Source of the DNA: Bradyrhizobium sp.
Lineage (GTDB): Bacteria; Pseudomonadota; Gammaproteobacteria; Burkholderiales; Burkholderiaceae_D
NCBI GenBank assembly: GCA_047621665.1
Contig: JBLHMB010000015.1
Span: 2,322 to 66,321 of the forward strand
Direction of reading: 5' to 3'
Length of the DNA: 64,000 nt
Within the stretch, counting starts at the first letter, position 1; each line of letters starts with the position of its first letter. The notes under the pieces are model-generated. The model had not been told where the DNA came from, searched no databases, and worked only from the letters and a program-made list of their open reading frames with translations. A program made the position numbers and the translations under genes. Below are positions 9,841 to 20,683 of the stretch, piece by piece.

Positions 9841-10737
9841 TCAGTTTTCAGTTATTGCAGGGGGCTTGCGCGTGCGCCAGGTGCGCCAGACACTTTCGCC
9901 GGAATACACTACGAGCGCCGACCAGATCGCGGCAAAGCCAATCAGTCGATCGCTGCTAAACGACTCGTTATAGAGCAACACGCCGAGTGCCAGTTGCAGG
10001 CTGGGGCCGATATATTGCAGCAGACCCAGCGTCGCCATCGGAATCCGGCGTGCACCGGCGGCAAACAGCAGCAATGGAATCGCCGTAATCGGCCCTGCCG
10101 CCATCAGTAGCCATTGTGATTGCGTGGGTGCCTCGAAGAACGCATTCTGTTGATTCAGGGTCAGCCACACCAGCGCAGCCAGCGCAAACGGAAACAGTAA
10201 CAAGGTTTCCAGTGACAAGCCTTCAAGCGGCCCGAGCTTTGCCGTTTTGCGCATCAACCCGTAGAAACCGAACGACAATGCCAGTATCAGCCCGATCCAC
10301 GGTGGCTGGCCGGTGATCCACGTCAGCCAGGCGACACCGCAGGCGGCCAACCCGATAGCGAGCCACTGGACTGCGCGCAAGCGTTCGCCCAGCACCACGT
10401 AACCAAGCAGGACGTTGACCAGCGGGTTGATGAAATAGCCCAGACTGGAATCGATGATGCGGCCATTATTGACGGCCCAGATATACGTGAACCAGTTGGT
10501 CGACAGCAGTACTGCGCTGAGCATGAAGGCCGCCAGCACCTTGGGCTGGCGCAGGGCGTCGCCCAGCCATGACCATTGCTTACGCAAGGCCAGCACGCAT
10601 AGCAGGAAAAGCAGCGACCAGACCATCCGGTGCAACATAATTTGTGTCGGGGCGATGCTTTGCAGGGCTTTAAAGTAAAGCGGAAGCAAGCCCCAGATCA
10701 CGTAGGCGGTGGCGGCGAAAAGCATGCCTTTGCGCAT
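9841..10737 (-). CDS. rarD: EamA-family transporter RarD
   Basis: 'YVIWGLLPLYFK', 'SLGYFINPLVNVLLG', 'LGLLQYIGPSLQ'; about 10 TM segments. Start taken at MRKG. Confidence 0.9.
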   Translation of the reverse strand: MRKGMLFAATAYVIWGLLPLYFKALQSIAPTQIMLHRMVWSLLFLLCVLALRKQWSWLGDALRQPKVLAAFMLSAVLLSTNWFTYIWAVNNGRIIDSSLGYFINPLVNVLLGYVVLGERLRAVQWLAIGLAACGVAWLTWITGQPPWIGLILALSFGFYGLMRKTAKLGPLEGLSLETLLLFPFALAALVWLTLNQQNAFFEAPTQSQWLLMAAGPITAIPLLLFAAGARRIPMATLGLLQYIGPSLQLALGVLLYNESFSSDRLIGFAAIWSALVVYSGESVWRTWRTRKPPAITEN

Positions 10738-10890
10738 GGGTGGAAACCTCGGTAGGGGAGCGCGCAGCATTGCGTGCAGGGGCGCAATTATGCCACCGGA
10801 TACACCTTTCCGGTCGCAATACTGGCTTGGGGCGCTCCGGCATACACCGGTACAATGCGGCTTCATTTTTAACGCTGAACCGAGCTTCCC

Positions 10891-11616
10891 ATGACAGACA
10901 CAATCCGCTTGGCCAAACGCGTCGCCGAAGAACTCGGTTGCTCCCGCACCGAAGCCGGGCAATTCATTGAAGGCGGCTGGATTACGGTGGATGGCGTGCT
11001 CACCGAAGAGGCCGGTGCACGGGTCACCGATGAGCAGGCAATCGTGCTCTTGCCCGGTGCAGTGCCGGTACCGCTGGACCCGGTGACGATCTTGCTGCAT
11101 AAGCCGGCCGGTCTGCGCACCGTTGACGCGATTGATCCCGAGCAAGACTGGATCACACCGCAGACGCTAGGCCCGGATGATCGCTCCGGCCTGCGTTTCC
11201 TGCGACGTCACACCAGGGCATTGACGCTGACAAATCCGCTCGAAGACAGTGCCAGCGGTTTGCTGGTGCTGACACAGGACTGGCGTATCGAGCGGGCGCT
11301 GGTGCAGGAAGCTAACCGCATCGAGCAGGAGTTTGTCGTCGAAGTGACCGGTACTCTTGATGACGCCGCAATGGAACTGCTGCAGCACGGTCTGAAATGG
11401 AATGGCAAACCGATGACCTCCATGAATGTGAGTTGGCAAAGCGAACACAAATTGCGTTTTGCGATCAAGGCTGCCGAGCGGGGCCAGATTGCCTACTTGT
11501 GTGAAAAGGTCGGTTTGCAGGTGGTGTCGATCAAGCGACTGCGCATCGGACGGATGTCGATGGCGGCTCTGCCGGTGGGGCAGTGGCGGTATTTGCTGGG
11601 GTATGAACGGTTCTGA
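10891..11616 (+). CDS. S4-domain RsuA/RluF-like pseudouridine synthase homolog with a degenerate catalytic motif
   Basis: S4 domain (IRLAKRVAEELGCSRTEA), 'LLHKPAG' and 'LKRLRIG...LPVGQWRYL'-type C-terminus. RLD motif replaced by PLE. Confidence 0.8.
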   Translation: MTDTIRLAKRVAEELGCSRTEAGQFIEGGWITVDGVLTEEAGARVTDEQAIVLLPGAVPVPLDPVTILLHKPAGLRTVDAIDPEQDWITPQTLGPDDRSGLRFLRRHTRALTLTNPLEDSASGLLVLTQDWRIERALVQEANRIEQEFVVEVTGTLDDAAMELLQHGLKWNGKPMTSMNVSWQSEHKLRFAIKAAERGQIAYLCEKVGLQVVSIKRLRIGRMSMAALPVGQWRYLLGYERF

Positions 11617-11677
11617 GGAGCTTCACGCGGGCACGATTGCTGTCGTGCCCGTGTGAAGATGCGGGATAACCCGGTAA

Positions 11678-13927
11678 TTACTTCCGGCCGGTCCGCGCTA
11701 CCAGTGCCGGACCCTTGCGCACTGGTCTGGCCTGTGCACTCGGGGTGCGTGACACCGCGCCACCTGCACGTGGTTTGTTCTGACCGAACTTTTTCGCCAG
11801 TTTCTCCGGGCTTGGTGTTTCGCGCCGGCGCTCAATGGCCATCAATCCTGCCGTCGGTGCCGAATGACGCGGCACCAGATGTTTCTCGCCGCTGCCGATC
11901 AGCTCCGAGCGTCCCATCCGTTGCAATGCTTCGCGAATGATTTCCCAATTGTCAGGATCGTGATAGCGCAGGAATGCTTTATGCAATTTGCGAATTTTTC
12001 CGGTCCGGACTGTCTCAACTGCTTCCGAGTCAGCCGTGACCTTGCGCAGCGGATTCTTGCGTGTGTGGTACATCGTCGTCGCCAGTGCCATCGGCGTTGG
12101 CATGAAGGTCTGTACCTGATCGAGGCGGAAGTTGTTTTTCTTCAGCCAGAGCGACAGGTTCAGCATGTCTTCATCGGTGGTGCCCGGATGGGCGGCGATG
12201 AAGTACGGGATCAGGTATTGCTCCTTGCCGGCTTCTTTCGAATATTTCTCGAACAATTCCTTGAACTTGTCGTAGGCACCCATGCCCGGCTTCATCATCT
12301 TGGACAACGGGCCTTCTTCGGAATGCTCGGGCGCGATTTTCAGCAAGCCACCGACGTGATGGGTCACCAGTTCCTTGACGTATTCGGGCGAACGCACGGC
12401 GAGGTCATAGCGCACGCCGGAGCTGATCAGGATTTTCTTCACACCGGGAATCGCGCGCGCCTTGCGATACAGCTGGATCAGCTTGCTGTGATCGGTGCCG
12501 AGGTTCGAACAGATGGTCGGGTAGACGCAGGACAAGCGCCGGCACGATTCTTCGATGCTCTTTTCCTTGCAGGCCAGCCGGTACATATTGGCGGTCGGGC
12601 CGCCCATGTCGGAAATGGTACCGGTGAAGCCCTTGGTCTTGTCGCGGATCAGTTCGATTTCACGCAGGATCGATGGCTCGGAACGGCTTTGGATGATGCG
12701 GCCTTCGTGTTCGGTAATCGAGCAGAAGGTGCAGCCGCCGAAGCAGCCGCGCATAATGTTGACCGAAAACCGGATCATGTCCCAGGCCGGGATCTTGGCC
12801 TTGCCGTAGCTCGGGTGTGGTGCCCGGGCATAGTTCATGTCGTAGACACCGTCCATTTCGTCCATTGCTAACGGCAGCGGTGGCGGATTGAGCCAGACAT
12901 CGCGTTCGCCGTGAGCCTGGACCATCGCACGGGCATTGCCGGGATTGGATTCGAGATGAAAGACCCGCGAGGCGTGCGCATACAGCACAGGGTCATCCTT
13001 GATGACGTCGTAGCCGGGCAGACGGATCACGGTCTTGTCACGGATTTCTTTCAGGGCGGCCTTACGTTCTTCGCGGCTCAGAATCAGGATCGGCTTGGCT
13101 ACTACCGTTGGCTCGGCATTGGCGGTGCCACAGCTGGCCGGCTCCTTGGTTTTCATTTCGTACGGGTCCGGATGGGCCTCGATACGACCCGGCGTGTCGA
13201 CCCGGGTCGAGTTGGCTTCGGTCCAGTCATCGGCAGGCAACCAGCCGCGTGACACCATGAAGGCGGTGCCGCGCAGGTTGCGGATTTCCTTGATCGGTTC
13301 GCCTGCGGCGATGCGATGCGTCAGGTCAACCAGTGCGCGCTCGGCATTGCCGAATAGCAGGATGTCGGCTTTCGAATCCGGCAGCACCGAGCGGCGCACC
13401 TTATCCGACCAGTAATCGTAATGGGCGATGCGACGCAGGCTGGCCTCGATGCTGCCGATGACCACGTTGGCATCCGGATAGGCTTCACGGGCGCGCTGCG
13501 CATAGACCACCAGCGCCCGGTCGGGACGCTTGTTGGCTTCGCCATTGGGGGTATAGGCATCATCGGAACGGATCTTGCGGTCGGCCGTATAGCGGTTAAC
13601 CATCGAGTCCATGTTGCCGGCGGTGACGCCGAAATACAGGTTGGGCTTGCCAAGCGAACGGAAGGCATCGACAGATAACCAGTCGGGTTGTGCAATGATG
13701 CCGACGCGAAAGCCCTGCGCTTCCAGCAAACGACCGATCAACGCCATGCCAAAGCTGGGATGATCGATATAGGCATCGCCAGTTACCAGAATCACATCGC
13801 AGGAGTCCCAGCCCAGGACGTCCATTTCTGCGCGCGACATCGGCAGGAAAGGGGCGGGTTTGCCAAGCGCAGGGCGGTTGGCCACACGGTGGGCGGGATA
13901 GGCGAAGAGATTTTTCGGGGATTCCAT
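11678..13927 (-). CDS. YgiQ-family radical SAM protein
   Basis: CxxxCxxC (CFGGCTFC), '[13 protein letters not shown]', '[10 protein letters not shown]'. GAGGA RBS precedes the ATG at 13927. Confidence 0.92.
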   Translation of the reverse strand: MESPKNLFAYPAHRVANRPALGKPAPFLPMSRAEMDVLGWDSCDVILVTGDAYIDHPSFGMALIGRLLEAQGFRVGIIAQPDWLSVDAFRSLGKPNLYFGVTAGNMDSMVNRYTADRKIRSDDAYTPNGEANKRPDRALVVYAQRAREAYPDANVVIGSIEASLRRIAHYDYWSDKVRRSVLPDSKADILLFGNAERALVDLTHRIAAGEPIKEIRNLRGTAFMVSRGWLPADDWTEANSTRVDTPGRIEAHPDPYEMKTKEPASCGTANAEPTVVAKPILILSREERKAALKEIRDKTVIRLPGYDVIKDDPVLYAHASRVFHLESNPGNARAMVQAHGERDVWLNPPPLPLAMDEMDGVYDMNYARAPHPSYGKAKIPAWDMIRFSVNIMRGCFGGCTFCSITEHEGRIIQSRSEPSILREIELIRDKTKGFTGTISDMGGPTANMYRLACKEKSIEESCRRLSCVYPTICSNLGTDHSKLIQLYRKARAIPGVKKILISSGVRYDLAVRSPEYVKELVTHHVGGLLKIAPEHSEEGPLSKMMKPGMGAYDKFKELFEKYSKEAGKEQYLIPYFIAAHPGTTDEDMLNLSLWLKKNNFRLDQVQTFMPTPMALATTMYHTRKNPLRKVTADSEAVETVRTGKIRKLHKAFLRYHDPDNWEIIREALQRMGRSELIGSGEKHLVPRHSAPTAGLMAIERRRETPSPEKLAKKFGQNKPRAGGAVSRTPSAQARPVRKGPALVARTGRK

Positions 13928-14167
13928 AAGCGATGCGTCCTCACGTGAGGGTGGCGGTGTCAATGTTGGGAAGCGCGCAGTATGACAGCTTTAGCCGGAC
14001 CCGCGTAGTCGGCAGTTTGCTGACGGGCAGGGTGCCAACTTTGTTGCTTGACGGTTTTGCAATGTTAGGTTCTACTCCTCACTGCGAACAGCGAGCCATG
14101 GCAGGTGTCGTATCGCTCCTCAAGACACTACCAGGTCACAACCACCGTTCGCCTCAGGCACCTTCGT

Positions 14168-15217
14168 ATGACGACGTCATTTTCATTTGCACGATCAGCG
14201 TGCTTAATCCTCATGCTGGCCTGGGGCCAGTTTGTCGGGAGCGCACGCGCCGAATCGGTATTGCGTGTTCTGGCTTGGCCAGGTTATGCCGATGCCGAAG
14301 TGGTCGCGTCGTTCGAAAAAAAAACCGGCGCGCGGGTTGAGGTGTCCTTCGTCAACACTGATGAAGAACTCTGGACCAGATTGTCAGCAAATAATGGCGA
14401 TGACTTCGATGTATTTGCTGTCAATACGGCAGAGCTGCAACGTTACATCGACAACGGTATGAGTGCACCACTGAACCTGGTCGCGATCCCTAATCAGGCG
14501 CGTCAGTTGCCAAGGTTTCGTCAGATATCATCGATTCCCGGCTTGATGCGCGGTCAAAATCTCTATGCAATTCCGTTCACCTATGCCGAGATGGGGTTGA
14601 TCTACAACCGCAAACTGGTGGCGAAGGAGCCGGTATCAATGGAAGCGATGTGGGACCCGCGCTATCACGGTAAGGTTCTGGCTTACGGTGGGAGCGTACA
14701 CAATTTCTCCATGGCTGCGCTGCTTGATGGCAGCAGGAGTCCGTTCCGGTTGACTCCGGATGAGTTGCGCGCTGCCAGTCGACGACTCGTGGGGTTGCGT
14801 CGTAATGTCCTGGCGTTCTATTCGTCGCCGGAAGAGGCTGTCAAGTTATACCTTGAGAATGAGGTGGCGTTAGTGTTCGCTAACTTTGGTACCCAGCAAG
14901 TCCAGGCTTTGCGTGCAGCGGGCGCCGATGTCGGTTATGTGGTGCCGAAGCAGGGCGTCCTGGCATGGCTGGATTGCTGGTCCATCACGGGGCGGGCCCG
15001 GTCACCTCAACTGGCAGCGAAGTGGATCGATGAGACCTTGCAAGCCGATGCCAGTACCCGCTTCAGCGAGCGGCATGGTCTCGCCAACACAGTCACGACG
15101 ACGTCGTTGAGCAGTCCCGGCGACAAACTGTTCTGGTTGCAACCTCCTGAAGATACAGACGAACGGCAAGCTCTCTGGGCCCGCATTCTGTCTGGTGACA
15201 TCTTGCGGAAGTTTTGA
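14168..15217 (+). CDS. Periplasmic solute-binding protein, PotD/PotF (polyamine)-like
   Basis: Signal peptide ending ARA; 'LRVLAWPGYAD', 'YAIPFTYAEMGLIYN' and 'AWLDCWSI' resemble polyamine-binding SBPs. Confidence 0.75.
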   Translation: MTTSFSFARSACLILMLAWGQFVGSARAESVLRVLAWPGYADAEVVASFEKKTGARVEVSFVNTDEELWTRLSANNGDDFDVFAVNTAELQRYIDNGMSAPLNLVAIPNQARQLPRFRQISSIPGLMRGQNLYAIPFTYAEMGLIYNRKLVAKEPVSMEAMWDPRYHGKVLAYGGSVHNFSMAALLDGSRSPFRLTPDELRAASRRLVGLRRNVLAFYSSPEEAVKLYLENEVALVFANFGTQQVQALRAAGADVGYVVPKQGVLAWLDCWSITGRARSPQLAAKWIDETLQADASTRFSERHGLANTVTTTSLSSPGDKLFWLQPPEDTDERQALWARILSGDILRKF

Positions 15218-16962
15218 TCATCATGCGCCCCGGAGTCGGGTTTAAATTGGGGATCTGGTTGGCGCTATTCGGTATCCTGTCGACGGCGCTGACGGGTTAT
15301 TACGCTTATTCAAAAAGTAGAGAATTGCTAATTTCGGCAGCGGAAGACAAGTTGTTGACCGCCACGGACGTCGTGGGACAGCGATTTCTCGACGCGCTGA
15401 TACCGATTACCGAAGACCTCCGCATGATCGTCTCGTTACCTGCAATGACGGCATTAGCTGATGGTGTCGCCGGCGCGGACGGTGCACAACGCAACAAGGC
15501 CAAGTTAGAAGAGGTCTTTGCCAGCATGGTTAAGTCGCGCGTCGATTATGTCCAGCTGCGGGTTATCGGCGTGGCCGGTTTCGGCAGAGAGTTGATCCGG
15601 ACAGACAGGACTAGCAGCGGGATCGAGGCGGTCAATAACGACGACCTGCAGGAGAAAGCACACTTTCCTTATATGTTTGAGGCAGTCAAGATGCCTGCGG
15701 GAGAGTTTTATTTTTCGAAGATTAATCTTAATCGCGAGCGGCATTGGCAAGACGGATTCGATACGCCGACCTTGCGGATTGCCACGCCGGTGCGCGGCCT
15801 CGATGGCAGGGTGTTTGGTATCGTGATTGTCAATGTCGATCTCAATCGTCTTTTCAACCGGTTGCGCAGCAACCTGCCGGGCAATATTGCCCTTGTCCTG
15901 ACCAACGACGAGGGCGACTATTTGATTCACCCTGATCAGCGCAAGACCTTTGGTTTTGACCATGGACGGCGCGTTCTCATTCAGGAAGATATCGGGGAGA
16001 TCAAGACCTTGCTTAAGCCAGGTCCGGTCAGGCACTTGTTGACACGTACAAGCGTGGGTTCGCACGATGTTGCCAATGCAGGTGCCTTCGTCAGGATACC
16101 GTTCGGGAGCACGAGCCAACCTTATTTCGTCCTGCTGGGACTGCAAACACCACTCAGTATCGTGCTGCGCGATAGCAAATTTCTGGGAGTGACCATCATC
16201 CAGATTACGGTGCTATGCAGTCTGGCTGCTGCGTGCCTGTCTTTCTTGCTGTCATTCGTGCTGGCCAAACCCTTAAATGCGATGGCAACAGCAGTCAAGC
16301 AATTCGAGGCTGGTAAAGTCATCACCAGTTTGCCGACCGAACGGGACGATGAAATTGGCTATCTGGCACGCAGTTTTCAGCACATGAGTAAGCGGCTCAG
16401 TAGCCAGGTAAGTGATCTGCAGGCACGCGAACAAAGTTTACAGTATCTGGCCCATCACGATCAATTGACCGGGTTGCCGAACCGGACGATGTTTCAGCAA
16501 GCGCTGGCCGCAAAGATTGACCAGGCCAATGTTGATGAGAGCCGTTTTTGCCTGATGTTCATCGATCTTGACAAGTTCAAGCAGGTGAACGACCAGTTGG
16601 GTCATGTGGTCGGTGATCAGGCCTTGCAACTGGCCGCGTTGCGGATGCGGGCATCGGTGCGCAATGAAGATGTTGTTGCACGGCTGGGTGGCGATGAATT
16701 TACTATTCTGGTGAGCGATTTCCAGCACGAGTCCGATGTCACTGTCATTGCACAAAAACTGATTCATGTATTTGATCAGTCGTTCATTGTCGATGGCCAT
16801 GAGTTTGAGATGACCTGCAGCATTGGTATCAGCATGTTCCCGCAGGATGGCAAGGATGCCGATCAGTTGCTCATTGCTGCGGACGCGGCAATGTACCGCG
16901 CCAAACTGGGTCAGCGCAGCATGCTGGAGTGGTTTAGCGATCTGCCGGATGGTGCTGCTTAA
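15214..16962 (+). CDS. Membrane diguanylate cyclase (TM - Cache-like periplasmic - TM - HAMP - GGDEF)
   Basis: Two TM helices, HAMP (DEIGYLARSF), intact RLGGDEF, RxxD I-site (RNED). Start overlaps the SBP stop (TTGA). Confidence 0.9.
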   Translation: MIIMRPGVGFKLGIWLALFGILSTALTGYYAYSKSRELLISAAEDKLLTATDVVGQRFLDALIPITEDLRMIVSLPAMTALADGVAGADGAQRNKAKLEEVFASMVKSRVDYVQLRVIGVAGFGRELIRTDRTSSGIEAVNNDDLQEKAHFPYMFEAVKMPAGEFYFSKINLNRERHWQDGFDTPTLRIATPVRGLDGRVFGIVIVNVDLNRLFNRLRSNLPGNIALVLTNDEGDYLIHPDQRKTFGFDHGRRVLIQEDIGEIKTLLKPGPVRHLLTRTSVGSHDVANAGAFVRIPFGSTSQPYFVLLGLQTPLSIVLRDSKFLGVTIIQITVLCSLAAACLSFLLSFVLAKPLNAMATAVKQFEAGKVITSLPTERDDEIGYLARSFQHMSKRLSSQVSDLQAREQSLQYLAHHDQLTGLPNRTMFQQALAAKIDQANVDESRFCLMFIDLDKFKQVNDQLGHVVGDQALQLAALRMRASVRNEDVVARLGGDEFTILVSDFQHESDVTVIAQKLIHVFDQSFIVDGHEFEMTCSIGISMFPQDGKDADQLLIAADAAMYRAKLGQRSMLEWFSDLPDGAA

Positions 16963-16973
16963 AAAATAGCAAT

Positions 16974-17004
16974 AAAAAAAGCCGCCCGGCGCAGCGAGCG
17001 GCTT
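16974..17004 (-). terminator. Rho-independent terminator between convergent genes
   Basis: AAGCCGC...GCGGCTT stem with an A7 run (T7 on the minus strand). Confidence 0.7.
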
Positions 17005-17023
17005 GTCGTTTGACTTTGGCGTA

Positions 17024-17935
17024 TCAGCTCAGCTGCTGTATGCCTGCCAGCACCCAACCGCCCTGACCATTTTGTGGCTTTGACAGATTCCAGACTTCCT
17101 GAAACGCCTCTGCAGGTGCGGCATCCGACTCCTTAATCAGGCCCGAAAACTTGACGCTGGCCAGATGGTCATCGTCGACCATCTCCATACCCAGCAATTC
17201 GGCATCGAGTTGCACCACGTCCGTGTGGCTTTTGGAGGGGCCGCGTTCCTGAATCTGCAAGCGCAACTCGGCAAACATCCCGGGTGTGGTGAATTCACGC
17301 AGATCGTTGATGTTGGCGCTGTCCCAGGCGGATTGCAGGCGTACAAAATATGTTTTTGTATGACGCAAGAAACCGTTCGTATCAAAATCTGCCGGAATAC
17401 CCCATGGTGCCGGTTGCGCAGTGTGGGCATTGCACTCCGTCGTGCTACCAAAACTTCCGCTGACCGGGTTGCCTTCAGCCGGCGCGAGACGCGAGCCAAT
17501 CTCGGGACTGAATCCGGTTTTAGCGGCGCCGGCATAGGCAGGCTGTGTATCGACCTGCCCGGATTGTCGCTTGATCATGCGGTAAATAAAGAAGCCCGCT
17601 GCGGCCAGCAAACCCACCATCAGCAGTGTGCTGATCATGCTGGCCATTGCGCCGCCCAACCCCATGCTCGATAACAGCGCGCCCAGGCCAAGGCCAAGTA
17701 AAGCGCCACCCAGCATGCCGCGCCATGGGCTCGCTGGTTTTGGCGGTGCTGCTGCCGGTGCGCCTGGTCGGGCAGTGCTGTTGGCCACTGACTGTGACGG
17801 CGCCTGACGGCTCACGCTTTGCGACTGCTTGCCAAATGATCCGCCTCCCCCCATGCGTTTTTGCGCTTCGGCTTCCGTTGCGGTGACGGATAGTGATGTC
17901 ATGACAATCATCATGGCAACAAAAAATTTCTTCAT
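17024..17935 (-). CDS. Tim44-like domain membrane protein
   Basis: Signal peptide, 'KRMGGGGSFG' Gly-rich region, TM hairpin, and C-terminal 'FVRLQSAWD...ASVKFSG...EVWNL' Tim44 domain. Confidence 0.88.
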   Translation of the reverse strand: MKKFFVAMMIVMTSLSVTATEAEAQKRMGGGGSFGKQSQSVSRQAPSQSVANSTARPGAPAAAPPKPASPWRGMLGGALLGLGLGALLSSMGLGGAMASMISTLLMVGLLAAAGFFIYRMIKRQSGQVDTQPAYAGAAKTGFSPEIGSRLAPAEGNPVSGSFGSTTECNAHTAQPAPWGIPADFDTNGFLRHTKTYFVRLQSAWDSANINDLREFTTPGMFAELRLQIQERGPSKSHTDVVQLDAELLGMEMVDDDHLASVKFSGLIKESDAAPAEAFQEVWNLSKPQNGQGGWVLAGIQQLS

Positions 17936-18197
17936 GATTCCTCCGGAAAATGATGCGCTGTAAAGAGTGCGGTCACAGCGGCCGTGTTTGAACTCAGGCC
18001 GATTGTAGTGGGGGGAGGAGAATTGAAAAAGAGGATATAACTGAACTATTTGTTCTGGAAAACTATTTTATTTCTTGCTGGATGTCCGTTGCGGACTGCG
18101 CTTCTTGCCATCCGACTGTGTTCCGATTTTTGATGCCGCATTGTGCTGCGCTGCGAAGCGTCGCCGGGCAGTGCAAGGCGACGCGCTCAGTCTGGAT

Positions 18198-18860
18198 TCA
18201 GTTCCAGCTGCGCAGCAGTCCGACTGCCAATCCTTCAAGGGAAAAATCATCCCGCTCAGGATCGACACGGATGGATTTGAAATCGGCATTCTCGGGCAGC
18301 AGTTCAATCTCCTCCCCGGTCTTGTGGTAACGCTTGATCGTTACATCGTCGCCAAGGCGCGCGACGACAATCTGTCCGTTGCGGGCGCTGTCGGATTTTT
18401 TAACGGCGATCAGGTCGCCGTCGAGGATGCCGGCATCTCGCATCGACATGCCGCGTACCTTCAGCAAGTAGTCAGGTTTGGCGCTAAACAGGGAAGGGTC
18501 GACCTGATAGGTGGCTTCGACATGCTCCAGCGCCAGAATGGGTGATCCGGCGGCAACCCGGCCAATGAGTGGCAAACTCAGTTGCATCAGCGCCGGATGA
18601 GGCAATACAAGTTGACGCGGCTGGCGGTCGCTGGCAAGCTCGGCGGCCGACTTGATCAGCCGGATACCGCGCGAGGTGCCCGGTGAAATTTCGATGGCGC
18701 CTTTGCGAGCCAGTGCTTGCAAATGCTCTTCGGCGGCATTGACCGAGCGAAAGCCAAGCTCTCTGGCGATTTCCGCTCTTGTCGGCGGAAATCCGGTGTT
18801 GGTGATCGCATCGCGGATCAGGTTCAAAATTTGTTCCTGCCGCGCGGTAAGTTTGATCAT
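18198..18860 (-). CDS. lexA: SOS repressor LexA
   Basis: 'LTARQEQIL...PPTRAEIA' winged helix, 'GRVAAG' Ala-Gly cleavage site, 'GMSM' Ser and 'TIKR' Lys. Confidence 0.96.
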   Translation of the reverse strand: MIKLTARQEQILNLIRDAITNTGFPPTRAEIARELGFRSVNAAEEHLQALARKGAIEISPGTSRGIRLIKSAAELASDRQPRQLVLPHPALMQLSLPLIGRVAAGSPILALEHVEATYQVDPSLFSAKPDYLLKVRGMSMRDAGILDGDLIAVKKSDSARNGQIVVARLGDDVTIKRYHKTGEEIELLPENADFKSIRVDPERDDFSLEGLAVGLLRSWN

Positions 18861-18876
18861 GGTGATGACAGCTTTG

Positions 18877-18892
18877 CTGTGTGAATAAACAG
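18877..18892. promoter_or_regulatory. LexA (SOS) box
   Basis: CTGT-GTGAATAA-ACAG (CTGT-N8-ACAG) 17 bp upstream of the lexA ATG. An adjacent CTGT-N7-ACAG lies at 18894-18908. Confidence 0.85.
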
Positions 18893-19080
18893 CCTGTAGT
18901 TTTATACAGTGGGCAGCCAAATGCAAGTCATTACAAGAGCGACAGGCGCCATTTCCAGGCAAAGAGGCGTAATCATTGAGTTTTGTCAGCTTTGCGGGTA
19001 TCCTTGCCGACTTTCCTCTTCCCACACTCGTCTTGACGCCGGGGTGGGCGTTATTTTCAATCCGTCCAACAGGAGATTGC

Positions 19081-19449
19081 ATGCGTCATTATGAAATAGT
19101 ATTTATTGTCCATCCGGATCAGAGCGAGCAAGTGCCCGCCATGATCGAGCGCTACAAGGCTGTTGTTGCAGCCCACAGTGGCGTTGTTCACCGCGTTGAA
19201 GATTGGGGTCGTCGTCAGATGGCTTACCTGATCCAGAAGCTCGCTAAAGCACACTATGTTTGCATGAACATCGAATGCGACAACGAGACACTGGTCGAAA
19301 TCGAAACCGGTTTCAAATTCAATGATGCAGTCCTGCGTCACCTGACCGTCAAGATGAAGCGTGCAGAGACCGCACCTTCGCCAATGATGAAGGCAGTACA
19401 AAAGGAAGATGCGGCCAAGAGCCATCGTTCCGAGGCACCTGCAGCGTAA
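19081..19449 (+). CDS. rpsF: 30S ribosomal protein S6
   Basis: [25 protein letters not shown]; GGAG RBS. Confidence 0.98.
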   Translation: MRHYEIVFIVHPDQSEQVPAMIERYKAVVAAHSGVVHRVEDWGRRQMAYLIQKLAKAHYVCMNIECDNETLVEIETGFKFNDAVLRHLTVKMKRAETAPSPMMKAVQKEDAAKSHRSEAPAA

Positions 19450-19464
19450 TTGTTACCAGGAAGA

Positions 19465-19785
19465 GTGAACCAGCTTCAGTTTGTTGCCAGTATTGCCGAG
19501 CGTGAATTACTACGCTACACACCGGCAGGCATACCGATCGTGTCCGCAAAATTGCAGCACGCCTCAAAGCAAATCGAAGCCCGGGTAGAACGACAAGTCG
19601 AGTTCGAAATTTCTGCCATTGCAGCAGGCGAAATTTCAGGCCGGTTTGATCAAGCCAGACTAGGCGCGATGTTCCACTTCACCGGTTTCCTGGCTCGCAA
19701 GAACCGCAACAGCAAAAGTCTCGTGTTTCACATCATTGATTTCGAACCAACCTCAGATACAGGAGCCTCAAATGGCATTCGGTAA
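19465..19785 (+). CDS. priB: Primosomal replication protein N
   Basis: 'LRYTPAGIP...LQHAS' and position between rpsF and rpsR; GTG start. Confidence 0.92.
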   Translation: MNQLQFVASIAERELLRYTPAGIPIVSAKLQHASKQIEARVERQVEFEISAIAAGEISGRFDQARLGAMFHFTGFLARKNRNSKSLVFHIIDFEPTSDTGASNGIR

Positions 19786-20062
19786 AAAATTCGACAAGAA
19801 CAAGCTCAAGCTTAAAGAAAAACGCAAACAACAGAATCCATTGTTCAAGCGTAAGAAATTCTGCCGCTTCACCGCTGCACACGTGGAACAGGTCGACTAC
19901 AAAGACGTCGATACGCTCAAGGATTTCGTTCAGGAAAACGGCAAGATCATGCCAGCCCGCCTGACCGGTACCCGTGCTCACTATCAACGCCAAGTCGATA
20001 CCGCAATCAAGCGCGCACGTTTCCTCGCGCTGTTGCCGTACACCGACCTGCATCACGCGTAA
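19772..20062 (+). CDS. rpsR: 30S ribosomal protein S18
   Basis: 'FCRFT...DYKD...IMPARLTGT...[13 protein letters not shown]'. Confidence 0.98.
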   Translation: MAFGKKFDKNKLKLKEKRKQQNPLFKRKKFCRFTAAHVEQVDYKDVDTLKDFVQENGKIMPARLTGTRAHYQRQVDTAIKRARFLALLPYTDLHHA

Positions 20063-20099
20063 TTGACGCAAACGTCAATTACCCAATTCGGAGAAAAAT

Positions 20100-20552
20100 A
20101 TGCAAATCATTTTGTTAGAAAAAGTCATTAACCTTGGCAATCTTGGCGAAGTCGTCAAGGTCAAGGATGGTTATGCCCGTAACTTCCTGATCCCGCAACG
20201 CATGGCGCGTCGTGCAACCACCAGCGCTGTCGCTGAATTCGAAGTCAAGCGCGCAGAACTGGAAAAAATCGCCGCAGAGAAATTTGCCGAAGCCCAAGCA
20301 CATGGTGAGAAACTGGCCGGCATGACCGTACAGATCTCGCAAAAGTCGGGTGTCGATGGTCGTTTGTTTGGTTCGGTAACCAATGCAGACATCGCTGATG
20401 CGTTGACCAAGCAAGGTTTCGCTGTCGAGAAATCGCAAGTGCGTCTGGCAACAGGCCCATTGAAGACCACCGGTGATCATCCGATCGCGGTTGCCTTGCA
20501 CACCGATGTGCTGGTTGAAGTGATCGTTTCAGTACTTGGTCAGCACGCTTAA
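20100..20552 (+). CDS. rplI: 50S ribosomal protein L9
   Basis: '[17 protein letters not shown]', 'GRLFGSVT'. Confidence 0.98.
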   Translation: MQIILLEKVINLGNLGEVVKVKDGYARNFLIPQRMARRATTSAVAEFEVKRAELEKIAAEKFAEAQAHGEKLAGMTVQISQKSGVDGRLFGSVTNADIADALTKQGFAVEKSQVRLATGPLKTTGDHPIAVALHTDVLVEVIVSVLGQHA

Positions 20553-20573
20553 TTCTTGCGTTCAGATACTTGC

Positions 20574-20602
20574 AAAAAAGCCGGATTCGTCCGGCTTTTT
20601 TT
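20574..20602 (+). terminator. Rho-independent terminator
   Basis: AAAAAAGCCGGA-TTCG-TCCGGCTTTTTTT. Confidence 0.9.
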
Positions 20603-20683
20603 ACGCCTGTCCGGGTCGTTGTCGCGGTAATATTGCGCGAATGCAGCCCGGAGCAGGCTTGCTCAACGGGTATAATCCGGAGC

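Noticed and set aside
18068-18307. ORF downstream of lexA as a possible sulA/imuA
   Set aside because: It overlaps lexA out of frame, shows no recognisable similarity, and has no clear start signal.
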